Positions 57,875-64,000 of a stretch of 64,000 bases of DNA are shown here, piece after piece. Position 1 is the first letter of the stretch, and the number at the start of each line of letters is the position of its first letter. The stretch comes from Hyaloraphidium curvatum SAG 235-1 (lineage: Eukaryota; Fungi; Monoblepharomycota). The DNA lies in contig JAIVFI010000006.1 of assembly GCA_025558095.1 (NCBI GenBank), positions 744,001-808,000 of the forward strand. Reading direction: 5' to 3'. The position numbers were made by a program, and so were the translations under genes. Under the pieces are notes generated by a model. It was not told where the DNA came from. It did not search any database and saw only the letters and a program-made list of their open reading frames with translations.

Positions 57875-58146
57875 TCCTGCGCAATTCCGGTGTGCGGAGG
57901 GTCGGGAGCGGTTCTTTGCCGGGCGGAAAGTGATCCGACGGGTCGCGTGCGTAGCGATGTGCGCTTTCTGTGGCTGGGAAGTGCTCTGCGCCGCGCGGCG
58001 GGGTGGTGGGGGTGTTTTGTCTAGGCGCTGACAAAGCAGCCCACTAAGCCGGTCCCTGAACACCGAAAGGACCGGCCCAGGGTTGCCACCATAGATTCTA
58101 TCTATTTCGCATTAGCCAGACAAAGGCAGTTCAAGCAGAAAGCTGG

Positions 58147-59615
58147 TTAGAGGACGGCGTTGAGCACTTGCGCTGTCAGGATGCCGGTGCCAAACATGGC
58201 AGCGACCGCCACGACCGAGTTGACGGAGAGGAGCGAGAATCCGGAGATACCTGCGACCAAATTGCGATGAGAAGACGCATATAATGCGACGTGCTGCGCC
58301 GGACCCACCGTGGCCAGAGGTGCACCCGAGCGCCGTCCTGGACCCGAACCAGATCATCATCCCCGCAAGCAACGGCTGCACAATCGGGTGATCCTTGAAC
58401 AGAAGGATCGACGGGCCGCCCACACCGCCTTCGAGAAGCCCGCGCACGCTCCCGTTGACCCCGCCGAGCCTCGAGGAGACGTAGGCGCCGGCTGTGAGCA
58501 TGGAGAGGAAGCCGAGGCCGCCAAAGAGCGTCTTGGAGCTCAAGAAGGGCGCCCAGCGGGTGACCTCGGACTTGGAGTCGGCGAGGCCGAGGGCGGCAAA
58601 TACAGGCTGGAAGGGCGCGAGGAGGGAGACCATCTGCGATGTGGTGCCCAGGAAGGTATCGCCGAGAATGACCATCGGCTGCAAAGCGTCGGATCAGCGC
58701 GGTTCCGAAATATCTCGAAGAAGTCGGACTCACGATCTGAAGGGTGCCGATCACAGCACCCGACACAATCGGGTTCCAGGCCGGGGCGCGAAGCGCATCC
58801 AGCAGGGAACGGATCGGGATTTCTGGATACGGGTGGCTATTCGGCAGGAAAAGGTTGAAGGCCAGTGCGGCAGCGCCGAGTACGGCCGAGGAGATGAAGG
58901 CCGCCTTGGCATAGCTCGTGCCCTCTCCCCAGACCGCTTTTTCGAACGCGGGTTCGGCAACCCTCCCCTTCTCGAAGAGCCCGGGGAGGACCGTCCTTTC
59001 CGCCGCCGTGAACAGGGTCAGCCCCGTCAGACCGCCGGCCAAGACGGTCCAGCTCCCCTTGACGCCCGAGCCCGCGGCTGCGTAAACCGTGCCGGGGCAA
59101 GCGCCGGCGAGGAGCATCCCGGCGCCGAGCACGGCGGCTCCTGCGGCAGCCGAAATGGTCCCGCGCTGCGAAGCACGATTGGTCTGGTAGGTGCTCTTTG
59201 TTTTGCGGAAGTGCTCCCCGAGCCAGCGGAACGTCGGGTTCGCCGAGTCGGCTGGAACCGATGACAGCAGAGCAAAGAGGAGCTGCGATGTCGAAACAGC
59301 CGACAAGAACATCGACATCATCGTGAAGTCCTTGAGCAGGAAGATGTCTGCGGCGGGCCACGGATCAGAGTCAGCGTCAGCACGTCCCCCGCGCCGGGCC
59401 AGTCCACCTTGGATAACTTTCGGCTCGAACACCCTCCCCTTCTGCAACGCAAGGCCGAACAGGAAGGGGACGGCGCCGCTTACGGCCAAGTGCCGGAGAA
59501 GCGACTCGGAGAGCAGTTCCGACTTGCGGACGCCGGCCGCGGGCAGGTCCGACAGTGTGTGCTGCAGCGCCGGGCTCTTACGGCCATCGGCGTCGATAGG
59601 CTTGTGATCCGGCAT
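58147..59615 (-). CDS. YeeE/YedE-family sulfur-compound transporter, copy 2; 3 introns
   Basis: Same motifs and the same three intron positions as copy 1. Confidence 0.85.
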
Positions 59616-59830
59616 TGCAGAGTGCTGCGATGCGCTCTCGGACACGCCCGGGGGGGTTCGGTGGGGGGGAAATGAGGAAACACGAGTGGCAAGGGCAGCG
59701 GGGGACCCGATCGCGCCATCTGGCACGCAGAGCCCCCGCATCGGGAAAGCTTGGCGCCGAGGTCCGTTTGGATGAACTCGAACCAAAGAATCAAGATCTA
59801 CATCGGCAAATTGACAGATTGTAGCGCATT

Positions 59831-61771
59831 TCACGAAAGCGCCCACAAGTAGGTGGCCCCGCCAACCCCAACCTCGACCCAATCGTCCACCTCCAACGCC
59901 TCCACCATGATCGGCTCCTCGTTGTCTCCGGCAAATTGTCCGTCCGAGTCCGACCCAAGCAGCATCCTGGTCCCGTACCCCGGCAGCCCGGACCTCCCCG
60001 CACCCTTGATCCCCCATTCCCAGGCCCGAACCTCGGCCGATGCCCTGGCCGCGCACCAGGAAAGCACCCTCGCCGCATCCGCCTTCCCCAGCCCTGCCAG
60101 TCGAGCGGCCTGAAGCGACACGTCCGGATCCGCCAACCCTCCCAGTCCCCGCACCGACAACCGGGCCCGCGCAAGGCGGAATACGGCCGCCAGGAACCCC
60201 GCGACCGCGAACATCCCTGCCCCAGGCTGCGCGCACGCCCATCCGGCCTCCTCCAGCCCGGCAAGAACCGCATCCGCAACCTTCTCCGCAGCCGCGTGCG
60301 CGCCGGATCCCACCCACGCGCCCAGCGCCTCCAGCCCCCGCACCTCGCCGGCTTCGACTTCCTCCCGGGGGGCGATGCTGACCTGCGCGCGGTGGAGCAG
60401 GCCCGCGGCGGCCTGCACCGCGGGGCGGGGAATGAGGAGGTACATCAGCGCCGTGCGGAGGAGCTGGGCGCGGTACGCGCGCTGGGGATCGGGAGGTCCT
60501 GCGTCGGCGGATTGGAGGAGGAGGAGGCGGGCGAGCAGGAGGGGGTCGGGTGCGGAAGGAATGTCACCGTCCGAAGCGATAGCGCATTCGCAGCAGAGGT
60601 CGAAGAGGAGGAGAACGCGGGCCGTGTGTGGCAGCGAGTTCCAGGTCTGCACCGCTGCCTCGCCGCCCTCCACCAGCGAATCCGAGACGTCGCGAAGCAA
60701 GGGGGGCGGCCTGGCAGGCCTCATCCAAGTGCTGGATGATTCGAAGCAGGGCACGCGCAGGGTTCGCGGCACCGTCACCCTGGGCGCAATCTGCAGGTCC
60801 AACGTGGTGGCGCGGTCGAAGATCAGGATGGCGAGCCAGATCCTTCGCCATTCCTCGGCCTCAATCCAGTCAGCGGTGTCGGCCATGTGTTCGGTGATAC
60901 CCATCTCGCCAAGCACACCAACGACAAGGGAGAAAATTCGCAGGCCCAGCGCGTTCTGTTTGCGGCCCTCAATCGTCTGCGCCCGCTCCCTCGCCAGCTC
61001 CGGGTAACCACACGAAGCGAGTCGCCGCCCTAGAGCGCTTACAGCATGGCTGGTTGATTGGGAAAACAACAGAACAAGGGCGGTTTGGACCGCGGTCCGC
61101 AGTTGGGAGAGGTCGGTGGCCATGAGGGCGGTGGGCAACGACTCGACCAGACGGGGCAGGAGTACGTCGCTCCAAGTACGGACGTCTGTGTCGGCCAACG
61201 AAAAGTTCGGGTGCGGCAAATCGCCCCGCGCTTCCAGTTTGGAAGCGGCGCACAGGAGCACCGCGGTCCTCAGTTCCTCGGGCAGGGAACCGAAAGAGGA
61301 GACCAGGGTCGGCAGGTGCAGGAGCGGGAATTCCGGTTGGATCTCGGTGCAGTACGTGAGGAGGAGGTGGGCCGAGAGCTCGGGTGTCAGGAGCGAGCCG
61401 GGGGAAATCGGGGTAGTGGGAGAGATGGTTCCCGACAACCCTGGCGACGACCCCGCTCCGATGGGCCTCGGTCCCGAGTCTGACGACGAGTCCAGCGGCG
61501 GGGTGCCTTCCGGTGGCGGTAGTGATCCCGACCCCTCGGACGACTTTTGCGCCCCGGGCCCCCTCGGTTTGGGGCCTCGCTTCGCGTGCTCGCGGCCCCA
61601 GTCACACTCGGTGCCCGTGCGGCGGCAGCGGCCGCAGACAGGCTTCTCGCCGTCGCATTTGTGCTTGACTGTTCTGCAATGCAGGCACGCCTTAGCCGTC
61701 AGCTGCGACGGCGGGTTACGGCGGCGTTTCGCGGGTTCGACTGCCGGTCCGCCGGCGCTGTTTCCGCGCAT
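59831..61771 (-). CDS. Zn(II)2Cys6 fungal transcription factor
   Basis: CLHCRTVKHKCDGEKPVCGRCRRTGTEC, KRGPK; middle region FPLLHLPT, EEWRRIWLAILIFD. Confidence 0.92.
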   Translation of the reverse strand: MRGNSAGGPAVEPAKRRRNPPSQLTAKACLHCRTVKHKCDGEKPVCGRCRRTGTECDWGREHAKRGPKPRGPGAQKSSEGSGSLPPPEGTPPLDSSSDSGPRPIGAGSSPGLSGTISPTTPISPGSLLTPELSAHLLLTYCTEIQPEFPLLHLPTLVSSFGSLPEELRTAVLLCAASKLEARGDLPHPNFSLADTDVRTWSDVLLPRLVESLPTALMATDLSQLRTAVQTALVLLFSQSTSHAVSALGRRLASCGYPELARERAQTIEGRKQNALGLRIFSLVVGVLGEMGITEHMADTADWIEAEEWRRIWLAILIFDRATTLDLQIAPRVTVPRTLRVPCFESSSTWMRPARPPPLLRDVSDSLVEGGEAAVQTWNSLPHTARVLLLFDLCCECAIASDGDIPSAPDPLLLARLLLLQSADAGPPDPQRAYRAQLLRTALMYLLIPRPAVQAAAGLLHRAQVSIAPREEVEAGEVRGLEALGAWVGSGAHAAAEKVADAVLAGLEEAGWACAQPGAGMFAVAGFLAAVFRLARARLSVRGLGGLADPDVSLQAARLAGLGKADAARVLSWCAARASAEVRAWEWGIKGAGRSGLPGYGTRMLLGSDSDGQFAGDNEEPIMVEALEVDDWVEVGVGGATYLWALS

Positions 61772-62011
61772 GGCGCCTGAGGGCGCTCGGGAATTGGTGA
61801 ATAGGAAAGCTAGGACGGCCTATTGGCCGACCCGGCGGGGATGCGCAAGGTGCTGAGCGAGAACCCGCACGGCCAGCGCAAGCGCCGCGGCGCTTGGCTC
61901 GATCGGCGATCAACCACCCCAGGCATAGCTACGACGGCAGAAGCCATCGACGATCTCTCTTTCATCTCTCCGAGCCACACTTAAGAGCTGTGCTTAGCAT
62001 CTGGCCAAAGA

Positions 62012-64000
62012 TCATTCCGCCTCGTTGCTCTCGAAGAACCGCCTCATGTCGGCCTCGGGCAGAAGAAGTGCCGCAGCGATCGCCTCTGCCGGATCCGCCG
62101 CGGCCTCGATGTTGCCAGAGACCGTCCTCCCCAACTGCAGGCTGACTGTCGGTGCCCCGTCTGTCATGGGAGCGGGGCTGTCGGGCCGCACGCCCGACGC
62201 TGCCATGGCCTCCCGGAAGTTGGCCGCGATCTGCCGCATAAGGGGCCCGAACCGCTTCGCGAGCCAGTCCAGCGTCCGTGCCGCGACCTTTGCGTCCTGC
62301 TCGAGCGCGTCCGCCACGGCTGGATCCCCTCCCGACCCGCGGACCAGCGCCGCCGCGGCGAGCCCCAGCGATCCGAGGCGCAGCGCCGGGTTCACCGGAA
62401 CAGAATGGGCCAGCTCGCACGCCGGATCCTCAGCCATCATCCCCGCCAGGGTCCGCGAAAGCAGGAGAGCCCTTTCGATCAGCTGGACCAGCGAGGGCGA
62501 AGCCACAAGCGACGAGCCGCCGCTGCCGGGGAGCTCAGGGAGGAGGTGGTGCTCCATCATCATGCCCTGCAGGGAGGCAGCGACCCCGGCGACGGCGACC
62601 GCGTGCGCCCGGTCGGCGAAAAAGTCGCGAGACTGCGAAAACAGTGGCCCCGTGACGCCCTCGGCGAGGGCAACCCCAATCCCAGATGGCATTGAGGTAA
62701 AGAAGGCGTTCAACACAGCTGTGGAGACATCCACAAGGTCCACATAAAGTCTCTGAACGGGAGTGAGCTCCGAATCGGGCCGCCCGAGAATCTCGGCGGG
62801 CTGGATGCTCTCGGCGGCGGCAAATGCCCGAATGCGGATGCGCAGACAGCGAAGGAGGTTGCCCACATGGTAGATGGACAGCTGGCTCGCACGGCAGGCA
62901 AAGACGGGTTCCACCAGATCTTGGACAGCGCGCGCGGCGTTCTCGGGCGTCAGGCTCCGAGCGTAGGCGGAAAAGTCAACCGAGGCAGCCGGCGCAGCAC
63001 GACCCTCCTGCGTCGAAACAAGGAGCCGGAATGCTTCCTCGGGGTCGGGATGCTGGAAAAACACTTCGGGCGCCGGCAGGGGCAGGCAATGCGGTCCGAA
63101 GAAGTCGACCATGGGCTCCCTATGAACCACGTACGCGTGCGACCCTTCGATGCTGGCCAGCACGATCCACGCGCGCAGCACCATCTCGTTCCGGAGCCAT
63201 TCGTTGACGTCGGCGGGTGGTTGTGACCCGATGAAGCTCCCATCAGGAAGGATCGCCATCCGCCTCAGGAGTTCTAGACACGGCTGTATCAGCGGGCTGG
63301 CCTTGGGGATCTGCCCCAGCGGCAGAGCGACATTCCAGACCAGCAGCATGGTCTGCAGCGCTTCGAGGTCCGTCATCTGCGCGGAACCGGGTGCGCAGTC
63401 CAGGTACCCTGCGCAGACGAGCTCGGTCGCGGCGGCGAACAGGGCACGAGCAGAGGAGAGCCGAGTCATCTCGTCCAGGAAAGAAACCTCGGGGCCCGCG
63501 TCAATCAAGCCCCAGGCAGCGGCGGCGTAGGCCAGGGCGGCCGGGCGTTCGCGTCCGTAGAGTGGACCTCCGGGGGTAACAAAGGCGGCCTCGAAGACCT
63601 GTCGATGGAGGAGCGGGACCTTGCGATTGCGTCCCGAGAAAAAAGAAGAAAGAGCTGGATGCAGAAAGTCGCCGATGGTGAGGTCCGCGCCAGCCGGTGG
63701 TGGGGACGGTATCGAGTCGCCTGGGGATGGGAGTTTGGGGAGGAAAGTGTCCTCTGCGGGAACAAAGATGACCTGGGGCTGGTCAAAGCCGGCAAAAAGG
63801 ACCCGGAGGTCCGCCTGGCTCGAGTGCGAAGCGCTGGAGATCGACCGCGTATCCGTGGGGCTGGCGAGGCGACTCTCGGGACCGTCGCGAGTCCCAACCG
63901 GGGCGGGCTTGCGCCATTTCGCTTTCCTCGCGGCAAAAGCGTTGAGCCCGCGCCCGCCCGACCGAATGAGCGCTTCACGCTTTCGTCGCGAGATGCTGTA
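62012..64000 (-). CDS. Fungal-specific transcription factor domain protein; 5' end outside the window
   Basis: Frame open from 64000 (YSISRRKRE...); VPLLHRQVF, LEALQTMLL, EMVLRAWIVL typical of the Zn2Cys6 middle homology region. Confidence 0.75.
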   Translation of the reverse strand, partial: YSISRRKREALIRSGGRGLNAFAARKAKWRKPAPVGTRDGPESRLASPTDTRSISSASHSSQADLRVLFAGFDQPQVIFVPAEDTFLPKLPSPGDSIPSPPPAGADLTIGDFLHPALSSFFSGRNRKVPLLHRQVFEAAFVTPGGPLYGRERPAALAYAAAAWGLIDAGPEVSFLDEMTRLSSARALFAAATELVCAGYLDCAPGSAQMTDLEALQTMLLVWNVALPLGQIPKASPLIQPCLELLRRMAILPDGSFIGSQPPADVNEWLRNEMVLRAWIVLASIEGSHAYVVHREPMVDFFGPHCLPLPAPEVFFQHPDPEEAFRLLVSTQEGRAAPAASVDFSAYARSLTPENAARAVQDLVEPVFACRASQLSIYHVGNLLRCLRIRIRAFAAAESIQPAEILGRPDSELTPVQRLYVDLVDVSTAVLNAFFTSMPSGIGVALAEGVTGPLFSQSRDFFADRAHAVAVAGVAASLQGMMMEHHLLPELPGSGGSSLVASPSLVQLIERALLLSRTLAGMMAEDPACELAHSVPVNPALRLGSLGLAAAALVRGSGGDPAVADALEQDAKVAARTLDWLAKRFGPLMRQIAANFREAMAASGVRPDSPAPMTDGAPTVSLQLGRTVSGNIEAAADPAEAIAAALLLPEADMRRFFESNEAE

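Noticed and set aside
1-64000. tRNA, rRNA or other ncRNA genes
   Set aside because: None recognised by eye; a covariance-model scan was not possible

Overview
This is eukaryotic, very GC-rich, gene-dense DNA with short (about 50-90 nt) GT-AG introns carrying CTGAC/CTAAC branch points. Two fungal-type transcription factors (one with a visible Zn(II)2Cys6 cluster) and a Crh-type GH16 indicate a fungus; an early-diverging chytrid/monoblepharid-like lineage is my inference. About 40 loci can be read. Housekeeping-type genes: ALKBH6, 6-phosphogluconolactonase, Sec1, GST, GST-kappa, MFS, FUSC-type transporter, SDR and a tetraspanin-like protein. Secreted or GPI-type proteins: two cupredoxins, an alpha/beta hydrolase, a PAN-domain protein, GH16 and Cys-rich proteins. 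Bacterial-type genes: GNAT, class A beta-lactamase fold, Orn/Lys/Arg decarboxylase, RapZ C-terminal domain and YeeE/YedE. The most striking feature is an accessory region (about 20.9-47.4 kb) with four paralogues (one decayed) of an unannotated 7-TM protein family whose predicted topology and C-terminus resemble insect gustatory-receptor/DUF3537-type ion channels. These are interleaved with seven MYND zinc-finger loci, mostly decaying. Three of the 7-TM genes are followed by a same-strand MYND locus, and two form an inverted duplication. An intron-retention switch appears to add a peroxisomal signal to 6-phosphogluconolactonase. Family assignments come from motif recognition only; no searches were run, and splice coordinates are hand-derived.
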